From Pseudomonadota bacterium (GTDB lineage Bacteria > UBA10199 > 2-02-FULL-44-16 > JAAZCA01), in NCBI GenBank assembly GCA_043798915.1, contig JAZDOG010000036.1, positions 1 to 37,900 of the forward strand: a stretch of DNA of 37,900 nucleotides, read 5' to 3'. Of the stretch, positions 1 through 9,224 are shown piece after piece. The notes beneath the pieces were generated by a model. That model saw nothing but the letters and a program-made list of their open reading frames with translations. It was not told the origin of the DNA and searched no databases. Numbering within the stretch: the stretch's first letter is position 1; every line of letters starts with the position of its first letter. Position numbers and translations under genes: made by a program.

Positions 1-22
1 CTTAACGACAGGGGGCAGGGCC

Positions 23-487
23 ATGGCATTCGAATTCAAGAGCAGCGCGTTTGCAAACGGCGCGGCGATTCCCGCGAAATACACCTGCGACGGCGCCGAG
101 GTTTCGCCGCCGCTCGCCTGGAGCGGCGCACCGCAGGGGACGAAGAGCTTGGCGCTCATCTCCGACGACCCGGACGCGCCCGCGCACATCTGGGTCCACT
201 GGGTCATGTGGAACATCCCGCCGGCGCTCTCCGGCCTCAAGGAGGGGATGGAGAAGGGAGCGGCGCTTGCCGACGGGACGCGGCAGGGGGTGAACGATTC
301 CAAAGGAACCGGCTGGGGCGGCCCGTGCCCACCCTCCGGCACGCACCGATATTTCTTCAAGCTCTACGCGCTGGATTCCATCCTCGAACTCAAGCCCGAC
401 ACGACCAAGGCCGCCCTCGAAACCGCGATGAAGGGGCACATCCTCGCGCAGGCTACCCTCATGGGGACGTACAGCAGACAGCGGTAG
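23..487 (+). CDS. YbhB/YbcL family (PEBP / Raf kinase inhibitor-like) protein
   Basis: Motifs YTCDG..VSPPLAW, DDPDAP, WVHWVMWNIP, GGPCPPSG.HRYFFKLYALD; purine-rich SD-like sequence upstream. Confidence 0.93.
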   Translation: MAFEFKSSAFANGAAIPAKYTCDGAEVSPPLAWSGAPQGTKSLALISDDPDAPAHIWVHWVMWNIPPALSGLKEGMEKGAALADGTRQGVNDSKGTGWGGPCPPSGTHRYFFKLYALDSILELKPDTTKAALETAMKGHILAQATLMGTYSRQR

Positions 488-540
488 CGCACCTGTACTG
501 CCAGCTGGACAAACAGGCTGCGCCTTGTTATGCGACTGAT

Positions 541-1182
541 ATGCAGACAACTCCCCAGCTCAAATACATCGCTGTGGACGGACCGATCGGTTCCGGCAAG
601 ACGACGCTCGCCCGGATGATCGCCGAGGATATGGGCGGGCATCTCTGCCTTGAACCGTCGGGGAAAAACCCGTTCCTCGCGGATTTCTACGGCGACCGGA
701 CGCGCAACGCCTTCAAGACGCAGCTCTACTTCCTCCTCAACCGCTACCAGCAACAGCTTGAGCTCAAGCAGCGCGACCTCTTCTCGCCGCTCGTCGTCTG
801 CGACTACACTTTCGCGAAGGACTACATCTTCGCCAGGACCAACCTCTCCGAAGACGAACTCCAGCTCTACAACACCGTATTCCGGATGCTCAAGGAGCAG
901 CTCCCGAGGCCCGACCTCGTGATCTACCTGCGCGCCGAATCCAAAGTCCTGCTCTCCCGCATACGCAAGCGCGGCATAGATTACGAGCGATCGATCGGCG
1001 AGGATTACCTCGACCTGCTCACCGACGGCTACAACCGCTATTTTTTGGACTACTCCGAAACGCCGCTGCTCGTGGTCGACACCTCAAACCAGAACTACGC
1101 CGACAACCCCGAGGACTTCGCAAAGCTCAAGCGCGAGATACTCACCCATCGAGGCGGAACGGTGCATTTCATCGCAAGATAA
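541..1182 (+). CDS. Deoxynucleoside kinase family protein
   Basis: P-loop YIAVDGPIGSGKTT, NPFLADFY, FKTQLYFLLNRYQQ, PDLVIYL, RIRKRG. The real start is ATG 541; the upstream extension in the ORF track overlaps the previous gene. Confidence 0.9.
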   Translation: MQTTPQLKYIAVDGPIGSGKTTLARMIAEDMGGHLCLEPSGKNPFLADFYGDRTRNAFKTQLYFLLNRYQQQLELKQRDLFSPLVVCDYTFAKDYIFARTNLSEDELQLYNTVFRMLKEQLPRPDLVIYLRAESKVLLSRIRKRGIDYERSIGEDYLDLLTDGYNRYFLDYSETPLLVVDTSNQNYADNPEDFAKLKREILTHRGGTVHFIAR

Positions 1183-1198
1183 ACCAGAATCGCAGACC

Positions 1199-2005
1199 AT
1201 GAACAAGATCACGATTCCCGATATGCTCGGCAGGTATCGCAAGGGCGAGAAGCTCGCGATGCTCACCGCCTACGATGCCACGCTGGGCCGGCTCATCGAC
1301 GAGGCGGGCGTGGACATGGTGCTCGTCGGCGATTCCCTGGGCAATGTGATTCAGGGGCGCGACACCACTCTTCCGGTGACGCTCGACGAGGTGATCTATC
1401 ACACCGCGTGCGTTTCCAGAGGTGTGAAGAACGCGCTCGTGATCGCCGATCTGCCTTTTATGAGCTACCAGGCCTCGCGCGCGCAGGCGATGCTGGCCGC
1501 CGGCCGCGCGATGAAAGAGGGGATGGCCCATGCCGTGAAGCTGGAGGGGGGCCTCGAGATGGCCGAGGCCGTATCGCTCATGGTGGCGGCCGGCATCCCG
1601 GTGATGGCACACATCGGCCTTCGCCCCCAGCGCGTCCACCAGATGGGCGGATACAAGATACAGGGGAGGACGGAGGAGGACGCGAAGTCGCTCGTCGCCG
1701 AGGCACTCGCCTTCGAAAAGTCCGGCGCGTTCTCCATCGTGCTCGAGGGCGTGGCAATTGAAACCGCGCGCGACATAACCGAAGCGATATCGATCCCGAC
1801 GATAGGAATAGGGTCCGGCCCCCACTGCTCCGGGCAGGTGCTGGTGATATACGACATGCTGGGCCTTAACCCGTCGATGTGCCCGCGCTTCCTCAAGGTG
1901 TATGCCGATGGCCACAAGATCGTCACCGGCGCCGTCCGCACTTACATAGACGAAGTGAGGTCGGGAAAGTTTCCGACCGAAGAACATGGGTTTTATAGAA
2001 AATAA
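1199..2005 (+). CDS. panB: 3-methyl-2-oxobutanoate hydroxymethyltransferase
   Basis: MLTAYDA, LVGDSLG, ADLPFMSY, AVKLEGG, HIGLRPQ, TIGIGSG..CSGQVLV. Confidence 0.97.
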   Translation: MNKITIPDMLGRYRKGEKLAMLTAYDATLGRLIDEAGVDMVLVGDSLGNVIQGRDTTLPVTLDEVIYHTACVSRGVKNALVIADLPFMSYQASRAQAMLAAGRAMKEGMAHAVKLEGGLEMAEAVSLMVAAGIPVMAHIGLRPQRVHQMGGYKIQGRTEEDAKSLVAEALAFEKSGAFSIVLEGVAIETARDITEAISIPTIGIGSGPHCSGQVLVIYDMLGLNPSMCPRFLKVYADGHKIVTGAVRTYIDEVRSGKFPTEEHGFYRK

Positions 2006-2009
2006 TGAC

Positions 2010-2870
2010 ATGAAGATACTTCGTACCGTTGAAGATATGCGCAGATGGTCTATGACCGAGCGCCGCGCAGGAAAGACCATCGCCTTCGTGCCCACGATGG
2101 GCGCGCTCCACGAGGGGCATCTGTCACTCCTTCGCGCCGGGAAGGAGCGGGCCGATCGGCTGGTCCTGTCGATCTACGTCAATCCGACGCAGTTCGGCCC
2201 GAAGGAGGACCTCGGGAGCTATCCGCGGGATTTCGACGGCGACCTTGGCAAGGCGGAAGGGACGGGCGTCGACGCCGTCTTCTTCCCGTCGGACGAGGCC
2301 ATGTATCCGAAGGGCTACGAGACCTTCGTGACGGTGGAAGAGGTCACGAAACACCTCTGCGGCGCATCGAGGCCGGGGCATTTCCGGGGCGTGACGACGA
2401 TAGTCGCGAAGCTATTCAACATCGTGGCGCCGGATGTGGCGCTCTTCGGCGAGAAGGATTTTCAGCAGCTGGTCGTCATTAAGAAGATGGCCGCCGACCT
2501 CAATATGCCGATCGAGATCGTGGGCTACCCGATCGTCCGCGAGCCGGACGGGCTGGCGATGAGCTCGCGCAACCAGTACCTATCGCGGGAGGAGCGCCAG
2601 GCCGCGCTCTCGCTCTCCCGAGCCCTGGACGAGGCCGGGCTGATTGTGGAGGGCGGCGAGACCAGGGCCGCCCAGATACTGGCACAGGTGCGCGCCACAA
2701 TCGAGGCAACAAAGATCGTCAGGATCGATTATGCCGAGCTCGTCGACGCGGAGACGCTGACCGGCGTCGAAAGGATCAAGGGGCGGGCCCTGCTGGCGCT
2801 TGCGGCATTTGTTGGAAAAACGCGCCTGATCGACAATCGCCTCCTCCGGTTTTCGTTGCCGCCAAAGTGA
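2010..2870 (+). CDS. panC: Pantoate--beta-alanine ligase
   Basis: FVPTMGALHEGH, VNPTQF, SRPGHFRGV, FGEKDFQQ, GLAMSSRN, TRLIDN; ATG 2010 just after the panB stop. Confidence 0.97.
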   Translation: MKILRTVEDMRRWSMTERRAGKTIAFVPTMGALHEGHLSLLRAGKERADRLVLSIYVNPTQFGPKEDLGSYPRDFDGDLGKAEGTGVDAVFFPSDEAMYPKGYETFVTVEEVTKHLCGASRPGHFRGVTTIVAKLFNIVAPDVALFGEKDFQQLVVIKKMAADLNMPIEIVGYPIVREPDGLAMSSRNQYLSREERQAALSLSRALDEAGLIVEGGETRAAQILAQVRATIEATKIVRIDYAELVDAETLTGVERIKGRALLALAAFVGKTRLIDNRLLRFSLPPK

Positions 2871-2895
2871 TGTTCTGATAGGTTGTCCGCCACTT

Positions 2896-4188
2896 ATGGA
2901 AATCGTAACCGCATCATATGTCCTCCCCATGACAAACGGCGGCCCGGTCGTGCCCGATGGCGCGATAGCCGTCGAACTGGGGCGGATCAACGCGTTCGGC
3001 ACGGAGGAGGAGCTCAAAAAGCGCTTCCCCGATGCCCAGGTTAAGTCCCATCCGGGCTCGGTCCTCATGCCGGGGCTCGTGAACTCGCATTGCCATCTGG
3101 ATATGGTGGCCTTCTACGAATCCACGAAGCCGCCGGAGGGAGAGGGGTATACGAAGCAACCCGACTTTGCGGAGACGCTCGTCGCATCCATCGACTTCAA
3201 GCACGACGCCAAGCCTGAGCTGGTCATCTCCGGCATCCAGAAGGGGATCAACCGGCTGATCGAGACCGGAATCACCTGTGTGGGCGACATGACCCACTTC
3301 GAGGGGACGTTCAAGCTCCTGCGCGAGATGGGGTTGCGCGCGGTCGTCTTCCCGGAGATTTTGGCAGGGCGCGGCGAGGCGGCACAGCAGAAATTCGAGA
3401 TAGCGCTCGCCCTCGTCGAGAAGTACACCGATGCCACCCACGACCGCGTTCGCTCTGGACTCGGCCCCTACGCCCCGTACCTGCTCTCCAGAAATCTCTT
3501 GAAGATCATCTCGCGGCACGCGAAGGACGCCTCGATACCGCTCATGATCCACGCGGCCGAGTCGTTCGCGGAGATGGAGTTCTTCTTCGACTCGCAGGGG
3601 CCGATAGCGACCGACGTCTTCCCGAGCCTCGGCTGGAACGAGCTGCCGCCGGCGCAGCGAAAGACCCCGATAGAATATCTGGCGGAGATCGGCTTCTTCG
3701 AGGCGCCGACGACCGTGGCCGGCGGCATGCATCTCTCGCACAAGGACTTCCCAACGCTCGCCCGGCATCTGGCGCGCGTCGTCTGGTGCCCGACGATGAT
3801 GAAGCACATGAAGCACGGGACCTTCCCGCTGACCAAGCTCTCGGAGCACGGCGTCCCGATGGGGCTCGGCACGGATTTCTGGCACACGCACCAGGGCTTC
3901 AGCCTCTGGGAGGAGATGAGGGTGGCGACCTCCGACGGCGCGGCCCCTCCGGCCACACCGAGGGAGGCGCTCCGCATGGCGACCATCGGCGGCGCGAGGG
4001 CGCTCGGGCTGGATCACCTCATAGGCACGCTCGAGGAGGGGAAAAAGGCGGACTACATCGTCGTCAACGTCGGCGCCCTCCCCGGCGCGGCGAATGCCGA
4101 CGCCCTATATGCAAGCCTCGTCGCCAGGGCGGAGCCGCATCACGTGCGGCTGGTCGTGGTCGGCGGGCACATCCTCAAATCTGTCTGA
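2896..4188 (+). CDS. Amidohydrolase family metal-dependent deaminase-like protein (MtaD/SsnA group) with divergent active site
   Basis: MPGLVNSHCHLD, PYAPY, MIHAAES, MGLGTD, MATIGGARALG, GTLEEGKKAD. Confidence 0.85.
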   Translation: MEIVTASYVLPMTNGGPVVPDGAIAVELGRINAFGTEEELKKRFPDAQVKSHPGSVLMPGLVNSHCHLDMVAFYESTKPPEGEGYTKQPDFAETLVASIDFKHDAKPELVISGIQKGINRLIETGITCVGDMTHFEGTFKLLREMGLRAVVFPEILAGRGEAAQQKFEIALALVEKYTDATHDRVRSGLGPYAPYLLSRNLLKIISRHAKDASIPLMIHAAESFAEMEFFFDSQGPIATDVFPSLGWNELPPAQRKTPIEYLAEIGFFEAPTTVAGGMHLSHKDFPTLARHLARVVWCPTMMKHMKHGTFPLTKLSEHGVPMGLGTDFWHTHQGFSLWEEMRVATSDGAAPPATPREALRMATIGGARALGLDHLIGTLEEGKKADYIVVNVGALPGAANADALYASLVARAEPHHVRLVVVGGHILKSV

Positions 4189-4202
4189 AATCTCAGCCCA
4201 AG

Positions 4203-4673
4203 ATGAAAAAAGAACCACATGGCATCAAGATCATCGCCAAAAACAAGAAGGCGTTTTTCGACTATCACATCGAGGAGAAGCTCGAGGCCGGCATAGTGCT
4301 CGCCGGCAGCGAGGTGAAGAGCCTGCGCGACGGCCGCGGCAACCTCTCCGACTCATACGCGATCATCAAGGGCGGCGAGATGTTTCTGCTCCACGCGCAC
4401 ATCTCCCCGTATTCTCCGGCCGCCGGAATGAACCACGCCCCCACGCGGACGCGAAAGCTCCTGCTCCACAAGGGGGAGATCCTGAAGCTCGAGGGAAAAC
4501 TCAAAGGGGGCGGCGCGACGGTCATTCCGCTTTTGCTATACTTCAAGCAGGGAAGGGCAAAGGTGGAGCTGGGGCTTGCGATCGGCAAGAAAAAATACGA
4601 CAAGCGCGCGGCGATCAGGAAGCGCGAGACGGCGCGGGAAGTCAGCAAGGCGATGAAGAAAGGCCGCCGCTAG
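4203..4673 (+). CDS. smpB: SsrA-binding protein
   Basis: NKKAFFDY, EAGIVLAGSEVKSLR, RTRKLLLHK, GKKKYDKR; lies directly upstream of tmRNA. Confidence 0.97.
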   Translation: MKKEPHGIKIIAKNKKAFFDYHIEEKLEAGIVLAGSEVKSLRDGRGNLSDSYAIIKGGEMFLLHAHISPYSPAAGMNHAPTRTRKLLLHKGEILKLEGKLKGGGATVIPLLLYFKQGRAKVELGLAIGKKKYDKRAAIRKRETAREVSKAMKKGRR

Positions 4674-4760
4674 CCGCTCGGCGCGCTTTGTGCTACACTT
4701 AAGTCGGATCTTTGATAACTGAATACGGTGGACGTTCCCGCCGGCAGCGCGAAATACATT

Positions 4761-4840
4761 CCCTCCCCTTTGTAAGGGGAGGGTAAGGGTGGGGTAGATC
4801 GTGATCTACCTCCCCTTCCCCTCCTTACAAAGGAGGGGAG
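4761..4840. repeat. REP-like inverted doublet, copy A
   Basis: CCCTCCCCTTTGTAAGGGGAGGG..GGGTGGGGTAGATC followed by the inverted unit GATCTACCTCCCC..CCCCTCCTTACAAAGGAGGGGAG; near-identical copies at 9114 and 14659. Confidence 0.88.
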
Positions 4841-4857
4841 TAGCTCGCGTGGCGGGC

Positions 4858-5209
4858 GGGGGCGAAGAGATTTCGACGCGGACTATGGAATGCGCGCGGC
4901 ATGCCGACCCGTCATCGAGTCGTAAAACCGATGGCAAAAACATAAGTGCCAACACCGAGCCAATGGCTCTTGCAGCCTAACTAAAGGTTGCACGTCAACC
5001 GGTCGACTCCTGCTAGACTGGAAGACGCCGCAAGCAGGATGGTTGTCACAAGTCCTCCCCGGCGCGTGGCAATAAGACCCATCGGGGATAGTCCCTCTCG
5101 ATCCTGTCCCCGGGAGATGTGAGGGGCGAAATCAAATACAGGGAACAAGCATGTAGAAGCACGCACAAAATGTTCGCGGACGGGGGTGCGATTCCCCCCG
5201 CCTCCACCA
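4858..5209 (+). ncRNA. ssrA: tmRNA; tag reading frame 4948-4980 = (A)ANTEPMALAA*
   Basis: 5' GGGGGCG..ATTTCGAC pairs with 3' CGCCTCC-ACCA including the G3.U alanine determinant; the tag ends ALAA-TAA; adjacent to smpB. Confidence 0.95.
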
Positions 5210-5245
5210 ACAAATGGCCCCTATGCTCGGGGCCGTTTGTTTTTG
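5209..5245 (+). terminator. Probable intrinsic (possibly bidirectional) terminator after ssrA
   Basis: AACAAATGGCCCC-loop-GGGGCCGTTTGTT hairpin followed by a T run. Confidence 0.75.
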
Positions 5246-5296
5246 CGCTGTGCAGGTTTTATAAACACCATCTGGTTTGTGCTCTATATGTGTCCC

Positions 5297-5794
5297 TTAA
5301 GATTTTTCAGGATCTGCAACACAGAAGAATGCTGAATCGGAAGACATGTCGCCTGCGCTGCTTGACGCCTGACCAAAAATGCGGTTCCCTTTAGAAAATT
5401 CGTAACCAACGCGAGTATCTGCTGCTGAAGTAGTCCATGTAAATGCTCTTCGCCCCGCGAAATGCGACACGCTCACAAACGGAAGCTGATCAGATTCGAT
5501 CATGAGCTGGACCTCGGCAGGTGTAGGGAGGCGCTTTCCCAGCTTCGCACAGTATTGTTTGGCTTCTGTCATAGCAACGGCTACTGCACGTGTTTTGGAA
5601 AGTTTCGCCATGTCAGCTCTTACGTACACCGATTCCTCATCTGCATGTTTTTTTTCGAACTTTGAATATGCTGCAGGCTTTACACCTTCAGTGTCAGAAC
5701 AGAAGTTGCCTACTTTTTCTGCGTGCCCCCTTAGATTGACTGTTCCCCCATTCATAAGTTGCATTCCAACTTTACAGCCCTCGCCGCCGCCCAT
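5297..5794 (-). CDS. Hypothetical protein with C-terminal DUF1566/FGE-sulfatase-like (C-type lectin fold) motifs
   Basis: SD AAAGGAGG 5 nt before ATG 5794; EAKQYCAKLGKRLPTPAE, WTTS, terminal FFCV; visibly AT-richer than its flanks. Confidence 0.65.
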   Translation of the reverse strand: MGGGEGCKVGMQLMNGGTVNLRGHAEKVGNFCSDTEGVKPAAYSKFEKKHADEESVYVRADMAKLSKTRAVAVAMTEAKQYCAKLGKRLPTPAEVQLMIESDQLPFVSVSHFAGRRAFTWTTSAADTRVGYEFSKGNRIFGQASSSAGDMSSDSAFFCVADPEKS

Positions 5795-5892
5795 ATTTTC
5801 CTCCTTTGTCTTCGTACACATGAACATTGAAGAACGCCATGTCCTTCAAACTCAAGTACGCATACCAGTTGAACATTGACGATCTATATCCC

Positions 5893-5919
5893 TTATCGCA
5901 GTCTCTGAGAAAAAGTTGC
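5893..5919 (-). promoter_or_regulatory. sigma28-like promoter motif, site 1
   Basis: Minus strand GCAAC-N14-TGCGATAA, a variant of the motif at 19755, 20787 and 31716. Confidence 0.5.
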
Positions 5920-6090
5920 GTCCATGAAAGCGGCCGGTCTGTCAAGAAACTTATAACAATTTGAAATATCAGTTGTTTTTGGAATAAACTTTTTTCAAAA
6001 AAATGCCATCAAGGCGGCGGGGAAGAAGATTCATATTCTCCCCGCGTGGCGGTGGCTGACCAGGAAGGAGTCGATCGAGGCAGATTGACC

Positions 6091-6780
6091 TCATGCCGTT
6101 TCTTTTTTCATAATGAACAGATAATTGAACCCGCGCAGGTAGTAGTTCCCCTTGATAGCCTCGGTCTGCCAGTGGTGGCGCCCAAGCTTGCGGTTGTGGC
6201 GGACGACCGATATGACGTCGAGCGGCTTGAAGTATTTGAACAGGAGATCGAAGAGCCTGAATCCGATCGGCACGAAACCCTTTTTCTTCTGATAGGTGTC
6301 CGAGGCATAGAGCGCCATGCAGCGCCGGTCCCGAAGTATCCTGTGGCATTCCGCGATCACCCGTTCCATCGCCCTGAAATATTCGGGCTCAAATGCCGAG
6401 AGCTTGCCTATGCAGTTTCTGTCGTCCGAGTAGACGATGTGATCGGAATACGGCGGATCGATGAAGACGAAGTCGGCCTTGCCGTCCTCGAGGGGAAGCT
6501 TCCTGGCATCGGCGCGAAAGATGTCCTTGCGCGTGGGCGCAATATCGTAGCCCAGCGCCCTCCGTCCGAGTTCGCGAGCCACGTCGATCGTCGTCCCGCT
6601 GCCGCACATCGGGTCTATCACCAGGTCCTTCTCCCTCGTGTAGCGGTTGAGCAGGTTCCAGATGACCCACGACGGCGTAGCGCCGACATAGTCCTTCCCT
6701 CCCTCGCCCACTTCCGAATAGTGCTGCGAGGGATACTCCCACAGCGTCGTCGCCATCGGTTCGAGCTTCGGTTTTCTCAT
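6091..6780 (-). CDS. Orphan SAM-dependent amino (N6-A/N4-C type) nucleic acid methyltransferase
   Basis: Motif I VIDPMCGSGTT, motif IV FIDPPY; SD GGGAG upstream; no adjacent endonuclease. Confidence 0.85.
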   Translation of the reverse strand: MRKPKLEPMATTLWEYPSQHYSEVGEGGKDYVGATPSWVIWNLLNRYTREKDLVIDPMCGSGTTIDVARELGRRALGYDIAPTRKDIFRADARKLPLEDGKADFVFIDPPYSDHIVYSDDRNCIGKLSAFEPEYFRAMERVIAECHRILRDRRCMALYASDTYQKKKGFVPIGFRLFDLLFKYFKPLDVISVVRHNRKLGRHHWQTEAIKGNYYLRGFNYLFIMKKETA

Positions 6781-6877
6781 GGCCGCCCTCTCCCATCGGC
6801 TGCATTAGCGTATTATGGCCCTATTGACAACCCTCAGCCGTTGCTGCTATTGGCAGCGTGCATTCTGACAACCAGCG

Positions 6878-7051
6878 ATTCGGCGTGGCAAGGGAAACGG
6901 GCGATTGCCGTCATGGCAAGAATCCCGTGCGGTCCCGCCACTGTGAGAGGCTAAATGCCCCTCTCGCCATTCTAAGTCACTGTCCCCTTTCGGGGACGGG
7001 AAGGCAAGGCGAGCAGGAGGAAACCTCAAGCCAGGAAACCTTGCGCCGGAT
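6878..7051 (+). promoter_or_regulatory. Cobalamin (B12) riboswitch
   Basis: AGGGAA-CGGG...AATCCCG-GCGGTCCCGCCACTGT...AGTCACTG...GGGAAGG...AAGCCAGGAAACCT (B12 box); closing helix CGGCG..CAAGG / CCTTG.CGCCG; upstream of a TonB-dependent receptor and ABC transporter. Confidence 0.9.
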
Positions 7052-7086
7052 ATTATCGAGCAACTCTTCGCGGAAAGAGGCTTTCG

Positions 7087-9105
7087 ATGCGTTTCTTTGT
7101 TCTATCTGTCACCTTCATTCTCCTTGCCATAGCCAACACGGCAATCGCAGCTCCCCCCGCGGAGCTGGGGGAGATCGAGGTGCGCGAAAGCCCCGCGGCA
7201 AAGCGCGAGCCCTCGCTCGACAAGACCGCCGACGCAGCCGTCGTCCTCCCCTCAGAAGCGAAAGAGCTCGGCACGACCATCCCGCAGCTCCTCGAACGGT
7301 CCGCTGGCGTCTACGTGAAACGCTACGGAGGCCTCGACGATTTCGCCGCCATATCGCTGCGCGGCTCCACCGCGCAGCAGATCCAGATATATCTCGACGA
7401 CGTGCCGCTCGCCTCGCCTCAGGGGGATATCGTCGACCTGTCGCTCATCCCGCTCGACGTGATCGATCGCATCGAGGTCTACAAAGGCGGATCGCCTGGC
7501 ATCATCCCCGACTCCACCGTGGGAGGGGTCGTAGTGCTCAAGACGAAGAAGCGCCCGGAGAAGACCGAGACCACTATCCGCAACACGGGCGCATCGTTTA
7601 CCACCTACAAGGGGCTCGTGAGCCGCGCGCAGGCCGTGGGCAGATTCTCCTACGTCGCGGCCTACGAGCGATATCAGAGCGACGGCGATTTCACGTATCT
7701 CGACAACAACGGGACGACGTTCAACGCAGCCGACGACGTCCTCACCACGCGCAAGAACAACAACTTCGCATCCAACAGCCTCTATTCGAAGATGATGGTC
7801 GAGCTGTCGAAGGACGCTCATCTCTCCTTCTCGAACTCCTTCTTCAACAAGGACCAGGGGGTACCCGGCCTCGGCAACAGGCAATCGCTCATAGCCAGGC
7901 TCGAGACCTGGCGCGACGTGGTCTCGGCCGCCGCCGACAAGGACTTCTCTTCGATCAAGGGCCTCTCGGGGCACGCCGATCTCTTCTTCGATTTCCTGAA
8001 CAACCAGTTCAGCAATCCGAACGGCCAGATAGGCATCGGCATCCAGAGGAATGACGACGACACCTACAGGTTCGGCGAAAACTTCAGGGCCACCTATCTG
8101 CTGGGCTCGCACCAGCAGCTCAAAGGTTTCGTGTCGCATCGCGGGGAGTATTTCTGCCCGGTCAACTGGGCCGCAACTCCGTCCCACGGCCCGCACAGCG
8201 GGAGGAACAGCTTGAACGCCGGGGCCGAGGACGAGATAATCCTCTTCGCCGACAGGCTTTCGATCGTACCGTCGGCCAGGCTCTCCAGCATCTTCAACGA
8301 CCTCACCAACCAGGACCCGTCGCAGCCGACGGCGTTCGTCTCCACCAATTCGCGCGTCGACAACCAGCTCTCGGCGAAGCTCGGCGCTTCGATACGCCTC
8401 ATCGACGAGCTTCGCCTGAAGGGAAATATCTACCGCGGCTTCAGAAACCCCACCTTCTCCGAGCTTTTCGGCGACAGGGGAACGCTGGTCGGCAATGCTA
8501 CCCTCCGGCCGGAGGAGTCGTTCAACGTAGACGCCAGCCTCTCCTACAGCTACCGGAAAGACGAAAATCGGCTCAGCGCCGATTTCGAAGCTACGTATTT
8601 CCGCAACAGCGTGGACAACCTTATCCAGTTCCTCCAGACATCCCAGTTCACGGTCCGCGCCCAGAACACCAACAAGGCGCTCATCAACGGGATGGAACTC
8701 TCGGCCCGCGCCGCGTGGGCGGAGAGGCTCTCGGCCTATGCGAACTACACGTTTCAGGACGCCAGGGACGCAAGCTCGCTGCCAGCGACGTCCGGAAAAT
8801 ATCTGCCCGGGAGGCCCAGGCACGAACTCAACGCCGGAGTGACGTGGAGCAAGCCGTGGGCAGGATGGATCTCGACGAGGCTCTCGGGCGAGATCAACTA
8901 CATGAGCGGCAACTATCTGGACACTCAGAACCTGCTGTCGGTCAACAACAGGACGATCGTCTCGGCGGGGCTCGCGGCGATCATCCTCAAGGATCTCACA
9001 CTTTCGTTCACGGTGAGAAACCTGACGAACGAAATGATATCCGATCTGGTCGGCTTTCCGCTGCCAGGGAGGTCGTATTGGGGAACTATGGAAGTTAAGA
9101 TTTAA
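7087..9105 (+). CDS. btuB: TonB-dependent outer membrane receptor, cobalamin transporter
   Basis: Signal peptide; plug motifs GVYVKRYGG, ISLRGS, IYLDDVP, IDRIEVYKGG; barrel motifs GFRNPTFSELF, LRPEES, terminal LPGRSYW; downstream of the B12 riboswitch. Confidence 0.88.
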   Translation: MRFFVLSVTFILLAIANTAIAAPPAELGEIEVRESPAAKREPSLDKTADAAVVLPSEAKELGTTIPQLLERSAGVYVKRYGGLDDFAAISLRGSTAQQIQIYLDDVPLASPQGDIVDLSLIPLDVIDRIEVYKGGSPGIIPDSTVGGVVVLKTKKRPEKTETTIRNTGASFTTYKGLVSRAQAVGRFSYVAAYERYQSDGDFTYLDNNGTTFNAADDVLTTRKNNNFASNSLYSKMMVELSKDAHLSFSNSFFNKDQGVPGLGNRQSLIARLETWRDVVSAAADKDFSSIKGLSGHADLFFDFLNNQFSNPNGQIGIGIQRNDDDTYRFGENFRATYLLGSHQQLKGFVSHRGEYFCPVNWAATPSHGPHSGRNSLNAGAEDEIILFADRLSIVPSARLSSIFNDLTNQDPSQPTAFVSTNSRVDNQLSAKLGASIRLIDELRLKGNIYRGFRNPTFSELFGDRGTLVGNATLRPEESFNVDASLSYSYRKDENRLSADFEATYFRNSVDNLIQFLQTSQFTVRAQNTNKALINGMELSARAAWAERLSAYANYTFQDARDASSLPATSGKYLPGRPRHELNAGVTWSKPWAGWISTRLSGEINYMSGNYLDTQNLLSVNNRTIVSAGLAAIILKDLTLSFTVRNLTNEMISDLVGFPLPGRSYWGTMEVKI

Positions 9106-9113
9106 AACCAAAC

Positions 9114-9206
9114 CCCTCCCCTTTGTAAGGGGAGGGTCAGGGTGGGGTAGATCATCATGGAATTAGATATCTACCTCCCCCTGCCCCTCCTTACAAAGGA
9201 GGGGAG
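9114..9206. repeat. REP-like inverted doublet, copy B
   Basis: Same two inverted units as copy A with a longer spacer; lies between btuB and the first lipoprotein gene. Confidence 0.88.
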
Positions 9207-9224
9207 CAAAAAAGGAGATGCATT

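Noticed and set aside
5773..5877. 34-codon upstream ORF (MFNWYAY...) overlapping the start of the 5794 gene
   Set aside because: No supporting motif or conservation evidence; likely chance.
5209..6090. Integrative element at the ssrA 3' end
   Set aside because: AT-richer islet, but no integrase and no duplicated tmRNA 3' fragment (att site) were found.
6091..6780. Restriction-modification system
   Set aside because: No endonuclease or specificity gene is adjacent to the methyltransferase.
7252..9111. Long antisense ORF (619 aa) and similar shadow ORFs elsewhere (e.g. 2914-4017, 32314-33273, 35062-36366)
   Set aside because: They overlap well-supported genes and lack motifs; expected from high-GC codon bias.
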